Counted from the stretch's first letter, positions 20,299-34,441 are shown. The stretch is 64,000 nucleotides of DNA from Balamuthia mandrillaris (GCA_031835245.2 JAVKOQ020000063.1:1-64000); one strand, 5' to 3'. A program made the numbers and translations. Notes: generated from the letters alone by a model not told the origin.

Positions 20299-23200
20299 AT
20301 GCAATGCCCTCCCGCCACACAAGACCCACAATCTGTCTTATCGGGAGAACACAGGGAAGCAGAAGAGGAGGAGGAGGAGGAGGAGGAAACCTATGCAGAC
20401 CACTGGGAACAGGAGGGTGAAGAGCTTTCAAGGGATCGCTTGCACCTCAGTGACCTTATGGGCGTGCTGCAGCTGCGCCCTATGTTTGGACGTTACGTGT
20501 GGCTTGGTATTCGCCTCTCCTCGTTTCTTGTCGTTTCAACGTTTTGTTGCCGCCATTGTATGAGGCTAACTGCGACGTGGTTGGGTTTACTACTGTGGCA
20601 TGAGCATAGTGCACGAGCGGTTCTTGGTGCCTCCCTCCCAACGCTTTTGTTTCTATTTCGAAGCGCAGACTAAAAACGACATACATGTGTGCTTTAATCG
20701 GGAACTTTCCGAAACAGAAGGTCGTGATGGGTTAGGTACGCCGTTTGCTTTCTCTTTCATGCGTCAGTTATCCAAACCATGACCTCCCCATTACCATCAG
20801 CTGAAAGGGCCGCTGACTATGAAATAGTCCTCGGGGGCTGGATGAAGTAAGTCCCTGACCTCTTCCCTTTGTTTTGCCTCTGTCTCCTCTATTGATCTTT
20901 TGTCGCACTGGTAGCACGAGGACCGCCGTACGCAAACAAGGCCAACAACAAGCGGTGTCCAGAGAACGTATTGATCGGCCAGACGCCTTCCTTCCCTACT
21001 GGGTAGTACCTCCACTACTTGTCTTCATCATAACCAAGCTTTATGTCCTTTCCTCTTGTCTCTGTTCTGTTCTCACTCTCTCGTTACTTTTTGTTCCTGT
21101 TCTCGTTTTGTGATGCTGCTGGGCATTAACACTGTGTTAGATTGCATTTGACAGTGATTTCTTGGTGGTAGGAAAGGGCAGGCCCGGTACCACAGAGATA
21201 TTGCGGTGGAAACATGTATCAACAACGGGGCAAAAGGAAGCCCGCTCCCCGCTTCGCTATGTGGGATTGAGTTCTTGGGATGCTGACATTCAATTCAGAA
21301 GTTTAGAGATGAGTCCTGTGATCCCTGATCTCTCTCCCACGGTGGCTATACCGGGTTTATTTTCTTCTTTTGCCCTGTTATTCAACGACAAATTATTGAG
21401 CGATGTTGTCTTCGAGCTAAATGATGATATCCTTTTTTTTGTTCTTCCTTGTCTTCATCTTTGCCTTCTTTTTGTTGTTGTTGTTGGTTGTTATTCTTTT
21501 TTCTTCTTCTTCTTCTTCTTCTTCTTCTTCTTCTTCTTTTTCTTCTTCTTCTTCTTCTTCTTCTTATGCAAGAGGTAGACCACCTATCATGAGTAGCATT
21601 TGTGTATTGCTTAACTCTTGTTTGTCCACGGACTCGCATGTATGCTCACAGATGTATCTTAGCTTGCCGCAGCTCAAAGTTTGCCGAGCTGTTTGAACAA
21701 CCATCAGTTCGTGGCAACCAAGTAATATCGCTTCCGGACGTGGAGCCTGTTGTATTTAAGATGGCATTACAATTTATCTACACGTCAAAGTTGCCAAACC
21801 AGTTGAGCGAAGCAGAGTTGCGGGGACTCTTTCACTTTTCACAAGAGTGGGATCTTACTTTTTTGAAAGCGTGCTGCGAGGCAAACCTTTTTAACACAGC
21901 TGCACCGCAAGATGTTTATTGGTGGGACTTTAGCCGTCTCTTTGACACAGGTCTTTATAGCGACGTAACTTTGGTTATTGAGGATGAGACCGGTTCCTTT
22001 CAAGTCAAAACACCTTTATCATCTCTACAGCAACCGCCTGATGGTCAATCCTCCGCAATTAGCAGTCCCAACCAGAAACAGTACCGCAAGCAAACAATAC
22101 GATCTCACCGCGCCATCCTTGTAGCGTTCAGGTTTGTTTTATCACCATGATTCATGTGTTGTTGGCCATGTTTTTCTTTGCTTAATGACAATCCTGGCTC
22201 CCTTCCAGTGACCACTTTGCGGCCATGTTTCTCAGATCCTTTCGCGAGAGGTCACAACATGATATTACTCTGCACGATGTCCCTTACGAGGCTATGATGC
22301 TCATGCTAAAGAGCTTGTACACTCTCAAGGTTTGTTTGTGTTATTTGTGTTGTTTGTTTGTTTTGTTTGCATGACCTGATAAAGTGTCGTTTCAATGGCA
22401 GCCATTACCGTTTGAAAGTGTTCAAGACGAGGCTTTGGCCGTACTGTTATTAGTAGATCGCTTTAGCGTCAATGCTGTTCAGCTCAGGCCTTTATCATCA
22501 GAGTGCAACGTTAAGGAGTCCTTAACGTTAGAAAAACATTGCTGCAAATTTGCGGAGGATAACTTAAACATTGAAAACTGTTGCGAAGTATTAAGCGTAA
22601 CTAACTGGCTTGCTTCCAATAACCCCTCTTCCATCGCTTTACAGCGCTGCCGCACAGAGGCTATGCGTTTTATCGAACATAACTTCTACCCTGTCTCTCA
22701 AACTCAGGTCCACTTTCGTGTCCTTGTTGTACTATTTTTTGTTTGTACTGTAACTGACATATCCTTTGGCTACAGGCTTTCTCCTCTTTAGGCGCACCAC
22801 TGTTATTAGAAATCATTCTCAAGGACTCTGTGCGAGTTGAGAAAGAGGAACACGTTTTCGAGGCCGTTATTCATTGGAGCAATGCCCATTTAAAAGAACT
22901 TTCCCCCACATCATTAGCTTCTATGCGGACCAAAGAGAACGTGGAGGAGCTGCTGACTTATGTAAGTCCCTATTCTCACTCGTCACCTTATCGTTACGAA
23001 AGAAAGGAGAGGATGATTTGTTGCACTGCTGATCATTGTTCCTTCTTGCAGGTGCGCTATCCCCTCATGAAGAAGGATTATCTAAGAGAACACGTTTTAG
23101 CGAATGATCTCGTATCACGGTGTTCTGCGCTCAAAGAGATTGTTTTGGAAGCGATTGCCCTTCAGAAAAAGGCCCCATCGCTCAAAGAGCTTAGAGCATC

Positions 23201-24297
23201 AACTACAGAACAGGCTGCCAACAAGAGAGTGTCCAGGCCGTTGTCTCGCTCACATCCAGAACAAACAGGCTTGCTTCAAATTGTAAACGGCAAGGTACAG
23301 TTAATCAGTGCAGCTCCGTTTCAGATACGAAGCAAACGCCGCCTTTCATTGGCTGTTGAAGAGTGGAAAGTATGGAATGCCTTGTCACCATTTACTAGCA
23401 GTGATAAGGCCAATTTACTGAATAACTCTTCTCTTTGCATAACAATACACCACAACAATAATAGGAGCTTCCATTCTTGGGGAGACCTGAGGGCGGGTTA
23501 GGAGTATGCCATTTCATTGGTACCAACTATGGACAGTACGTAATGGACTTTCTTGGCTATGCATTTTTGTTTTGGTTAATTTCGATTATTTTTTTATTGT
23601 TGGCCAACAGGGACATATGGAGAAATCCTCATCGCGCCAAGAGGTTAACCGTGCTCTGTTCTTCGCCTTCTTCGCGTTACACGCAACCACAAGCCATCGT
23701 CGATAAGAGTTACCATACAACTTCTTATATGACTGGAAAGCCACCTTGGGTTGTCATCGCTTTGCGGAGTGACCCATCAGCAGGCACTCCTCTTCAGAAA
23801 CACTTGCTAATTCCTACTCATTACGCTATACGGCATGACAACTCTCATTTTTACCTTCGCCACTGGAAGTTTCAGGTGAGCGTTCTCCTGTTGATCATAC
23901 CCTTTCCTATTCGCAGGTGCCCTGTCTTTGAAGATTAAGCTAACCAGCTGTTGTGGGAATGATGGTGATTGTGTATTTCACATGGCATACGGCAGGGATC
24001 TGCTGATGATGAAATGGCTGAAAGGAATTGGGTGGACCTCTCTGTTCATGAAAGCGATGCAAGTATAACGGTGCCTGGACAATGGGCAAGTTGGCCGGTA
24101 ATTCTTCTCTTCGCTGTAGTGATGGCGGTGTTGTAGGTTTTATCATTCCGTTGCTCACCATGACATGAACTACACAGATCAAGACAGCATCAGCATATAC
24201 CTACTTTCGCCTGGTGATGACAGGACCGCCTGCTGGAACTGAAAAAGACAGCATGCTCTGCCTATCCAACTTGGAACTCTACGGCTACTTTAAATAG
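20299..24297 (+). CDS. FAMeT-like + BTB + BTB + BACK + galactose-binding-like domain protein (start uncertain)
   Basis: FEAQTKNDIHVCF/YEIVLGGW/YVGLSSWD; two SDV...HR(C/A)IL BTB starts; VEKEEHVFEAVIHW, VRYPLM; IGTNYG, WRNPH, PTHYAIRHD, LELYGYF. Confidence 0.85.
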
Positions 24298-24654
24298 TGG
24301 AGCCAGAAGGGAGAAGAGATACGATGCAGCAATTAGCAAAGCGCATGTATAGGGTGCGCTCGCAGTCATTAGAAAGATGTACAGTGCGACGTAAGATAGC
24401 CACCAAAGGCTAAAAGTCCGCTGATAGACCAGAGAAAGAGAAAAGAGAAAGATCGGGCGTAGAAGAATGGATAGTATTTAATATCTGATCCCCATCCAGT
24501 GATCCTGTGCCTCAAATGGAGGTGCAATGACGCTGGTGGTAATGCGTGACTGCATGCCTTTGCTCGAGATGGGCACGTATCACCTTGCCACCCACCAGCA
24601 ATGCGCTGTTGATGAAAATATCAGCTTGCGTTGCGCAATGCCCATAACATTCAA

Positions 24655-24925
24655 TCATTCATGTTGTTCGTCGTGTGAGTGTGCTGGTGCTTGGGGTAGT
24701 AACTCTTGCTGCTGTTGTCGGCGAAGAGAAGAAAAGATAGGTAGCAGCTGGTCTCGTCTATTAAAGTATTGGTGGATAAGGGCTACCACGTCTTTGTTGC
24801 GAAGCTTCATATAAGGCACCTCCTCCAATGGACACCATTTGGCTTGTAAACTTTCATCGTCTGCCTGGATGTATTTGCATTTTGTTAGAGAATTGGGAGA
24901 ACTATGCAATAGAGTGAGAGAGGAG

Positions 24926-24967
<42 letters not shown>

Positions 24968-25967
24968 AACCTGTTGTAATGTTTTAAGTGAGCCGCCAAC
25001 GGGACGACCAGTTATACCGTAGCGCACCCAGTCATGTCCTCTCGATGTTGCCTTGTACTCAATGCAGAATACGCCAGTGGGTTCCATCACAATGCCAGTC
25101 TCTTCCAAGCATTCCCTAACGGCACCTTCCATTGGTGTCTCTCCAACTTCGACTCTACCCGCTGATGTACAATAAGAAAGAAGAAGAAGAACAAGAACAA
25201 GAACAAGAACAAGAACAAGAAGAAGAAGAAGAAGAAGAAGAAGAAGAAGAAGAAGAACAAGACAAACAAGAAGAAGAACAACAAGAGAAAAAAAGAGAAC
25301 AACAACAAACAACCACCACATAAGACAACAACCATTGCAGACAACAACAGGCACCAACCTGGGAGGTACCACTTGCCAAGACAATGGGACTTGGCCTCTT
25401 GCGTGAGCAATATTTGGCCCTCTTTTTCCAACACAACAGCCACTATGACTACTGTTTTGTGAAGATGAGAGCTGCGTTTTTTTCTGGAACGTGTGGTCTT
25501 CTCCTCCTCCTCCTCCTCCCTTCTCTCACTGTTTGTGCGTCGTTCCTCCTCTTCCTCTTCGTAATATCGAGAGGACCTTTTGCGAGTGGGCGCGGACCAC
25601 CTGTTGCTACTGCTGCTGCTGTCAGACTCGTCTTCAGCCTCCTCGTCCTCTTGTCCTTGTGGTTGTGGTTGTTCATCTTGCTGTGTTTGTATTGTAGGTG
25701 AGTCCATCCTCTCCTCCTCCTCCTCCTCTTGGGGTAGTGGTGGTTGAGGCTTTGTTGGGGAGACGTGGTCTCCTCTTGCGTGTGTGTCAGGAGGTGTGGT
25801 GGTCGGTGGCTGCAGGGGAGCTGCCCTGTTTTCCTCAAGGCAGGGAGGATGGGTGCGATGCTCCACTGCGCCAGCCTTGTCTGCCTCCAGCAGCTGCTGC
25901 TGCTGTTGCGGCGGGTGGTGGTGCAGCTCTTCCACTGCGCCACCGCCGCCGTTTTGCGTCGTCGTCA

Positions 25968-25968
<1 letters not shown>
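24655..25968 (-). CDS. NUDT18: Nudix hydrolase, NUDT18/8-oxo-dGDP phosphatase-like, with a low-complexity N-terminus
   Basis: LLTQEAKSHCLGKWYLP|AGRVEVGETPMEGAVRECLEETG (Nudix box), GGSLKT, ADDESLQAKW. Confidence 0.85.
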
Positions 25969-26004
<36 letters not shown>

Positions 26005-26190
26005 GGTGCTGTTCTTGTCGTTCGGTGGTGGTCGGTGGTGGTCGGTGGTGGTCGGTGGTGGTGTGTTGCTGAGGTGATCGATCGAGCCCCCCCGTTGACG
26101 TCAGCCCAGGTCCCCTCAAGCAAGGGTGGTGGTTGGCGCTACGCAAGATCATCAGCCAAGGACCACACAAAAGAAAGAAAAATCTTGGGT

Positions 26191-28116
26191 ATGAAGCCTG
26201 CTGCTGCTGCTACTACTTCCTGCTTTGGTAGTTCCCTCTTGGGGCCAACAAGAGCATGCCATCGGGGGAGCTTCGTTTGGGGAAGAAAAAACAAGGGTCT
26301 CATGTGGGGTATCCACTGGTGGCGGCAGCAGCAGACGCAGCGGAAGCGGTGGTGCAGCACAGCAGCAAACACGGGGGCGGGACCGAACGATGGTAACAAG
26401 GAGCTGTTGTTTCTGAACCTGGACCTCAAAGGCATGAAGGAGAACCAAAAGCAGTTGGCCGAGAGCATCCAACACCGTAAGGTGGAGGCGAACATTGGGG
26501 AGGTAGTGTGCCTCTTCGACCAAACCACAAAACTTCAACACCAAGTGCGCGCCCTGCGAACGCGCCGAAACCTCGTTGCCAAAGCTCGCGGCAAGTCAGC
26601 AGCAGCGGTAACGGAGGAAGAGGAGGAAGAGGCGAAACAACTGCGGGCTGAGTTGAAGGGATTGGAGGAGGAACTGGACGCTGTAGAACGGCGGTTGCTG
26701 AGCGAAGCTAAGCGTGTGCCCAATTACATTCACAGAGACGTGCCAGTAGGCAACAGTGGGAGCCAACAGCAAGAAGCTAAAGTGCTCCGTCATGTTGGAC
26801 AAAAGCCCCAATTCACAGCGGAGCGACCGGCCTTGGATCACCTCACTCTCTGCACGAAACTGGGCCTGCTCGACTTGGAGGCCGGGCACAGGGTCTCCGG
26901 AAACAAAAAGTTCTGCTTTTTGAAGGGTGCTGGCGCCCTCCTTGAAATGGCATTAATCCAATGCGCCCTTCTGCACGCCACACGCCATGGCTTCACGCCA
27001 TTCACCGTTCCTGAGCTAGTTCGCCATGCCGCTGCTGAAGGGGCTGGATTCCAGCCCAGAGACCCTTCTCCTGTTAACCAAACCTACGCCCTCAAATCAT
27101 CAGATCACTGTCTCGTAGCTACTGCTGAAATACCCTTGGCTGCGTACTATTTAAACTGGTATGTCTTTTCTTTATGCAGCTCTGTTCTTGTTTCTCACGC
27201 CCTTGCTCTTTTTTTTCATTATCACCTTGCTTCTTTCTTCTCACATCTTGATCCTTTTTCGTCACCACGTTATGGGGTAGCACACTGCCAGTGGAAAAGC
27301 TGCCGTTAAAGATGGTTGCTTTTAGCCACTGCTTTAGGACAGAAGCAGGCAGTGCTGGCATCCGTGACAAAGGCCTTTATCGGCTACACCAATTCAGTAA
27401 AGTTGAAATGTTTGCAATAGGTACTCCAGATATGAGCGAACAATTACATGAGGAGGCATGTATATCCACTTGGGATGCTGCTCATTCGTAACAATCTAAC
27501 ATGTGAACTCGCACTATCGCTAAAGATGTTAGCCATAGAGGAAGAATTCTTCAGTCTTCTAGGCCTACCCTACAGGTTCCTTTCCCTCTTCCACGATTTC
27601 CGAGTTTGTCTTACGCGGAATGCACTGTTTTTCTTGTACAGAGTGCTGGACATGCCAGCAGAGGAATTAGGTGCGCCTGCTGTTCGCAAGTATGATATAG
27701 AGGCATGGATGCCTGGACGTGGTGACTATGGCGAGGTATATTCTATTCCAAACCTTCTCCTCATCCTTCTTCATTACTTGCTGCTTTCTCTTTTTGGGTC
27801 TAATGGAACCGAAACAACTAAGATTTCAAGCACGTCCAATTGCACGGACTTCCAAAGTAGACGGCTCAACATACGGTGCCAAGACCGCACTCCACAATCC
27901 AAAAAAGAATTTGTGCACATGGTTAATGGCACGGCATGCGCTGTACCTCGCACTCTGCTGGCCATACTGGAGAACAACCAGCAAGAGGATGGCAGTGTAA
28001 TTGTGCCCCAGCCACTAGTTCCCTTCATGGGAGGTCTTTCCAGGTTGCAACCATTGCCCCAGGAGGAGCTCTGGCTTCCTCAACAACAAATGGGAGCATG
28101 GTATCATGAAAAGTAA
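26191..28116 (+). CDS. SARS2: Seryl-tRNA synthetase, probably mitochondrial
   Basis: Coiled-coil arm, [61 protein letters not shown]; basic N-terminal presequence. Confidence 0.92.
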
Positions 28117-28222
28117 ACCTCTTCTTTGGTGCTTGTGGCGGATAGTTTCCTTGGATATTATATTCATATTTCCTATTTTGTCGATCTGCTTACGCGAATG
28201 CCCCTTTGAAGTTGAAACAGCA

Positions 28223-29776
28223 ATGGCCTTAGAGAGAGACTGCACACCTATCTTTAGCGATGTAGTATCCCAGTTGTTAGACTTTCTGCAAACCCTGCCT
28301 ATCCAACCTGGAACAAGGGCAACGCTCTGTAACACTCTGCCGGGCTTTCCCTGCGGTCAAAACCTTGGCAGCTATTTATAGCGCTTTTGCGAAGCGCCTC
28401 GATGCAAGGCGCAGCGCTACGGCGCCTGCTGATCGTTTGCTGAACACGTTACCATGCTTGCAAGCCTCTCCTGGTGGAGGCAAGTCTTTTTTGTTGGGTG
28501 AGTTGGCAGCACTGAAGAAAACCGATTTGGAGCTCTACCAGAGCACGGAGATGAAAGAGATCCCCCGCCATAGCGTAGCCATCTCGATAACCTTCAACAA
28601 CAATTCGATGGTCGTGTCTCTTCAACAAGTTTGCTGAAGTGGCTTACACCTTTACACTAGAAACCGCCTTGGCTTGCATCCGCCTACACCTCGCCTCTTC
28701 TGTTGACCCGTCGTCGCCTGCTACTCTCCCTTCCACTACACCCATTCTCCTTTGCGTTGATGAACTATTGAAGGTGTCCTCACACACCGTGTCGTACAAT
28801 CCGTTCTGAGATAGCCTCTGGCCTATAACTGAACACTTTGGAATCTGCTGGAGAGACGGTTGCCATCATTCCACGCCTTTCCCCCCTTCGCTTACGGCAG
28901 ATGCAAAATATGGTCCTCAGGATGACCTGAACAAGTGCCTGGCAAGCATGCTGGCAACAAACCTAACTGGTTTAACATTTGAGCATTATCATGCGTGGTG
29001 GGTAGTCCTACGACGTCTGCTCCTGATCAACTCGCCCTCACTGTTGGGTGCAGAGGTAGGCCACAAGGATCAGCCCATTCAACTCGGGCAACTCTACAAT
29101 ATCAATTCCAAGGTGGAGTTCCTCTTGCAGAAGACGAAAGCGGTGATGCTGTTACGCAACCATTTCCCTTGTACCACTGCTTCTGCTGTGTAAGCTGCAG
29201 ACGGAACGGAACTCTCGCTCCAGGACATGGCGAGCTATGTGCTCATGCCGGCTGCAGGCAACCCTGGATCCGACATCGCCCTTACCGAACGAAAGCCTGT
29301 ATCGTCATTAACATTGAGTGCGATATTCTCGTCCTACCTCTGGAACACAGCTCACAACATCAGACCGGAGAGGAAGTGGAGCTCGTGCAAGAACAGTTTA
29401 AGCCCCTCTTCGTCAGGTCTCGCAGACCAAAACCAAAGGAACTGAAAGACATGCGACTGAACCCAGAGGATGTTTACTTGGTGGTTTGCGCCTTTCGCCA
29501 GTCTGCAGAATTCGTGCCAGATTCATTGCCACAGTTGCTGGTGCTGGGCCGCGAGAAGCTCCAAGAACTGCACTCGCCTTCGCTGTCGCATCGAGTCCAG
29601 AGAGGGAATCACTCGTGAGTGCTGTGGCCCCGGACGCTTGCAACAAGCGAAAACAACCATTGTCACCTGTTGAGAGTGAGGAAGAAAGAGGAGAGGAAGA
29701 AAAAGCAAAAAAAGCCAAAGACGTCAAAGGAAAGGGGGAAGCAAGCCAACACAAAAAGCCAAAAAGAAGCAAATAA
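28223..29776 (+). pseudogene. Frameshifted P-loop NTPase + restriction-endonuclease-like (Crinkler-type) gene remnant
   Basis: Walker A QASPGGGKSFLL, ISITFNN, Walker B PILLCVDELLK (~28741), GNPGSDIAL...INIEC; motifs lie in different frames without clear introns. Confidence 0.6.
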
Positions 29777-30039
29777 AAATGCCAAAGGCTTTTCTATGGG
29801 ATGCTCAGTTTGGCCACCTTGCTATGCCACCCTTCTGCGCCTACTCGTTAACAAGACGGCCACCATCGCCAGGACATGGAGCCAATGTGGACCACCCACA
29901 GTAGCAGCACCTGCGATTGCAAAGAGGGAGAATGCAAGGGGAGAGAAAGGTGAAGAAAATACTTTTTTGACAAAACAACGGCAGATGACCGCCAACAAAG
30001 GATAATGGGTCCCCCTCACCTGAAGTGAGGAGTGATTTT

Positions 30040-31747
30040 TTACTCGGCAGATTTCTGGGGAGGAGAGAGGTCAACATCCTTGCCAGTGACGCGCTTGTAG
30101 ATGTCCATGATGTCGATACAAGTGGTCTCGAAGTGACTGGTGGCGTCATAAGAAGTAGAGACAAAGGCCTTATCCTCAGTGCCGTCATCGGTAGGAACCA
30201 GCATGGGGCTAACGCTGGTAAATCTGTTGTAAAGAAAAGGGTGTTAATTGGCTGAGAGAAGAAAGGAAGAAAAGAGTGGTACGAACTGAGCAAGAATGGG
30301 ACCCATCAGGCCAAACGCGGGCTCTAATTCCTTTTCTGGGTCAGAGGTCTCAACAGTGGTGGAGGCAATAGCGATGTACTTGCCCTTAGGGCACACGTTG
30401 TGGGGGCTTGATATACAGGAGATGTAGATATCTAAAAACGCCCAAAAAAGTCCATTACCAGCGAGTCAGACTACAACTGAAGGGATTTGTGGGGGGGGGA
30501 GTGCGAACCAGAGTGACGGCCAACTTGCTTTTGGGGGATGATGATCTGACACGATTCAGAATCGTTGGTGTTGGGAAGGGGGTGCTCCAGGAAACAAATG
30601 GTGCGCACAACTTTGCCCACTTCCTTGACTTTGTTGGGGAAGTAAGAAGGATCTCCAATTACGAACTTGCACTTGGCGATCTATAACGTTATTCGTTAAT
30701 TTATCAAGCGCGCGAAGTAACAAAAAAAAGAATAGGTGTGTAGTGACAAAGCAAACCTCTCCCTCAGACTTGACTCCAACCACTTTGCCGTCTTCCAAAA
30801 CAATCTCATCAACAGGCTTGTTAAGCATGTAAGTGCCACCATAAATGGCGCTCAACCTGGCAAAGGCCTGAGGAAGCTCGCCAAGACCGTAGAGAGGATA
30901 AATGTAAGGGGACTTGGTGTATCTGGCCAGAGACTCCACGTAGAGGCGGATCTTCTCGATGGTGGGTCTCGCTGGCTGCTGCAGGTACTCATCATCCCTG
31001 TGAAGAGCCAACGCGTGGCCAATGAAGTCAACAGTGTCCTCGTTCAAGCCGAACTTGGCGAAAACGTCCGCCATCTTCATCGTGTTCAAGTCCATTCCTG
31101 TTCGACGCGACAAGACAAGAAAATGTTTAAGCAAAACGGTATTAGACAGCGAGGGGAAGAAAAATGGCAATACCTTGGTGGGTCTTCGAATCTTCGGCAT
31201 CATATTCCTGGCAGAATACAAAGAATTTTTTACAGCGCCTCTTCTCAAACATACCCATCAGAGGGGACTTGAGGGCTTCGGTATCGGTAGCGGGAACCTT
31301 GTGGACCTTTCCGCTTTTCACGACATAACTGCCGTCAACTGACTTGAATTCCAAATACCTTGTCACGTCCGTGTGTACCAACATCTTAACAAGGATTCCT
31401 GATGTCACCAGAAAGAATTCAATTAGTATTACCCACAGCCGAAGGAGAGAAGGCGGAAGAACGCGAGGGAGAGAGCAGAACATAAGAGAGGAGAAATTAC
31501 CACAAGACATGATGAACTTAGGGATGAGATCAACGTTGTATTCGCGGCTTTGGCCAAGGCTGGAAGGGGCACTGGTATTTTTGAATTGCTGGAAGAGCTG
31601 CTCCAGGTTCAGAGAAGCAGACTCACCACCATAGTAGTTGTTACGGTCCATGTGTAACACTTTGAGCCCATCTACAGAGAGGAGGCCGCTGAGCACACAT
31701 TCCTTAAAACCAGTGCCAAGCACAATGCAATCGTATTCCTCGTCCAT
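30040..31747 (-). CDS. GDI1: Rab GDP dissociation inhibitor
   Basis: [73 protein letters not shown]. Confidence 0.97.
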
Positions 31748-32287
31748 CTTTAAGGTGATAAAAAGAATAAGTTTTGGAGGTTAGCTTGATTGAATGTGAG
31801 GGGGAAAGAGAAAGAAAAGCTTTTTTAAAAAAGAGAAATCAAACCTTCCAGAAAACAGGAGACTGAGATATGCTACAAAGTTGAGTCTTGTTAGTGGCTA
31901 AAAACCAAAAAGGAAGGAAAAACTATTGCGACACCAAAAAAAATACCAAACCAACAACAACAACAACAACAAAAAAGAAGTGGCTTCCAAACCTTTCGCG
32001 TAGTACTTATTTTTTCTTTCTACTACGTCACGTCCCTCCCCTTTCGTTGTTGAAGTGACTTCTCCTTGGCGGCTCCTTTTTGTTTTTTTTTTTTTGAAGG
32101 GGGTGCTGCTGCTGGTGGGGTAGCGTACCCCCCCTTTTGTTTTTGGACAGAATCCACAGCTGTGATTGGTCACTATTTTTGTGGACATCCCTCCCATAAT
32201 TGAACATACCATACTCTATGCATGACGTCAGGTACGTGTCGGCAAAAATAGAAAGAAGAAAAGCAAAGTGAAAGGAGGTCCTTGGGG

Positions 32288-34113
32288 ATGAGCTCTTCTA
32301 CGCTTCCCGAAGCTACGGCCGCCGGCGGTGGCCGTAGTGGTGGCGCGGGTGGGGTGACCCCAACAACAGCCGCTGCTCGATCTTTGTTGGACCATCCCAT
32401 CGAGCATTCAATGCTGAAAGTGCCTGCCGCCTATCTCAACACGGTCTTTCGCAGCTACACCCATTCCGTAGAAAGAGAGCTGAGCCAAGCCCTGGAGGCG
32501 GTTGCTAAGCTCGCGGAGCCTTCTCATGATGGCTCCAATGCCACTACCCTATCCGGACGTGAAGTTTACCAGTCCGTTGAACACCTAGTGGGAAGACTGA
32601 AGGGCCTCAAACGAAAGGTATTCAATTAACTCTGCTACAAGTTCTTCGATCCTCTCTGCTTCCTTTTCTTTTTGGACCAGAGGCTCACTTTCTTTTGAAC
32701 AAACCAAAGCTGGATGAGACCAACGTTACCGAAAAGAAGCAGCTACAGAGGGTCAAAACGAGACTGGAATGCCTTCAGAAAGCCTCGGCTTCCTCCCCTG
32801 ACAGTGGCAGCCCTGCTGGCGAAGAAACCACATACTGGGAGCAAGTGAGGTTGAACAGAGCACTAACGGACCACCTTTTGCGAGAGGGACACCTCCACGC
32901 CGCCTTACAGCTCGCCAAGGACAGCGGGGTGGAAGCTTTCCTCGACCAAGAGATCTTCCAGAGGGCGCAGCAAGTGAGGACGGCCCTCTCCCAAAAAGAC
33001 TGTGGCCCTTGCTTAAGCTGGTGCGCTGAAAACCGCAACCGCCTGCGCAAGCTCCAGAGCACGCTTGAGCTGAACCTTCGCATGCAGGAGTTCATCGAGC
33101 TTGCTCGTGTTGGCTCCTTTGCGGAGGCTATCTCCTATGCTCGCAAGCATTTCGTGAGCGCCATGAAGGATCCTGATGCTCAGCCTAAACTTCAGCGCGT
33201 CTTTACAGCCATTGCTTTCCAAAAGAACACCCAGTGCCTGCCATACAAGGTACTATCCCTCCCTTTCCTATCTTTTCTCTCAAGCTGTAGAGCTTACCAC
33301 TCACGCTAAAACGGAGCAGGCCCTTTTTGATGAGCGGCGGTGGACTGACCTTCAAACCGAATTTCAACAAGATCTTTGCCGTTTGTACTCGCTGCCCTCT
33401 CACTCCTTACTTGAAATAACGATGCAAGCCGGTCTTTCCTTCTTTAAAACAAGGTAACTTATCAGCCCCCAACTGTTGCATTCTCTGTTGGTTTCCGTTC
33501 TTTCTTTGCTTCATTGGCAATGAAGCATGAAGAGACCCTATCTCTGGCGACTTATTACTTCTGCACACACACACACGTGCAGGCTGTGCTACGAAGACCA
33601 TGAGATCGATTTCAAAACAAACTGCCCCGTGTGCACACCACAGATGGCGCGTCTAGCGGAACCCCTGCCATTCCCTCAGCTCAATAAGGCCTATGTCATC
33701 TGCGCGCTTACCCAACAGCTGATGGACTACGATGAGTATGCCCCAATGGCCCTCCCCAATGGATTTGTATATAGCAAAAAGGTCCCTCTCCCTCTCCCTC
33801 TCCCTCTCCCTCTCCTCTCCTCTCCTCTCCCTCTCCCTCTCCCTCTCCCTCTCCCTCTCCCTCTCCTCTCCCCTCCCTCCCTCCTCTCCCTCTCCCTCTC
33901 CCTCCCTCTCCTCTCCCTCTCCCTCTCCCTCTCCCTCTCCCTCCCTCTCCCTCTCCCTCTCCCTCTCCCTCTCCCTCATTCTCAACCAACTTTGCGTTTT
34001 TAAAAAAATAGGGATTGGAGGAGATGGCAGCGGCAGCAGAAGGAATGGTAACCTGTCCCAAAACTGGTAAAGTTTATCCCTTGTCAGAAGCCAAACGTGC
34101 CTTCTTCGTTTGA
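32288..34113 (+). CDS. MAEA: CTLH/GID E3 ligase subunit MAEA/Gid9
   Basis: IEHSMLKVP, LisH RLNRALTDHLLREG, CTLH CLSWCAENRNRLRKLQSTLELNLRMQEFIEL, degenerate RING CPVC...PMALPNGFVYS...CPKT. Confidence 0.92.
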
Positions 34114-34259
34114 TGACAAAACTTTTTGTATAGTCTCTATTTCCCTCTTACTATGTATGTATGTGCACATCAAAAACAACTTTTACCAAATGTTGTTCTC
34201 TTTCTTCTCATTGTCGTGTCTGTGGTGGCGAAGAAGAGCATGGAATGGACAGAGCACGT

Positions 34260-34398
34260 TTAGATTTTCTTCACAATTTGGACGACATCTTCATCGTGAA
34301 GAACGTGGTCTTTGCCAACTCGTTGTGGATTGTACTTGACACTGCTGCCCCATACCAATGCACTTCAATTTGAAAAAAAAGTGAGTGACTCAGGTCTC

Positions 34399-34441
<43 letters not shown>

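Noticed and set aside
25744..26190. N-terminal extension of the 521-aa SerRS ORF overlapping NUDT18
   Set aside because: Starts at TTG and runs through (GTT)n and antisense NUDT18; ATG 26191 with a presequence is more plausible
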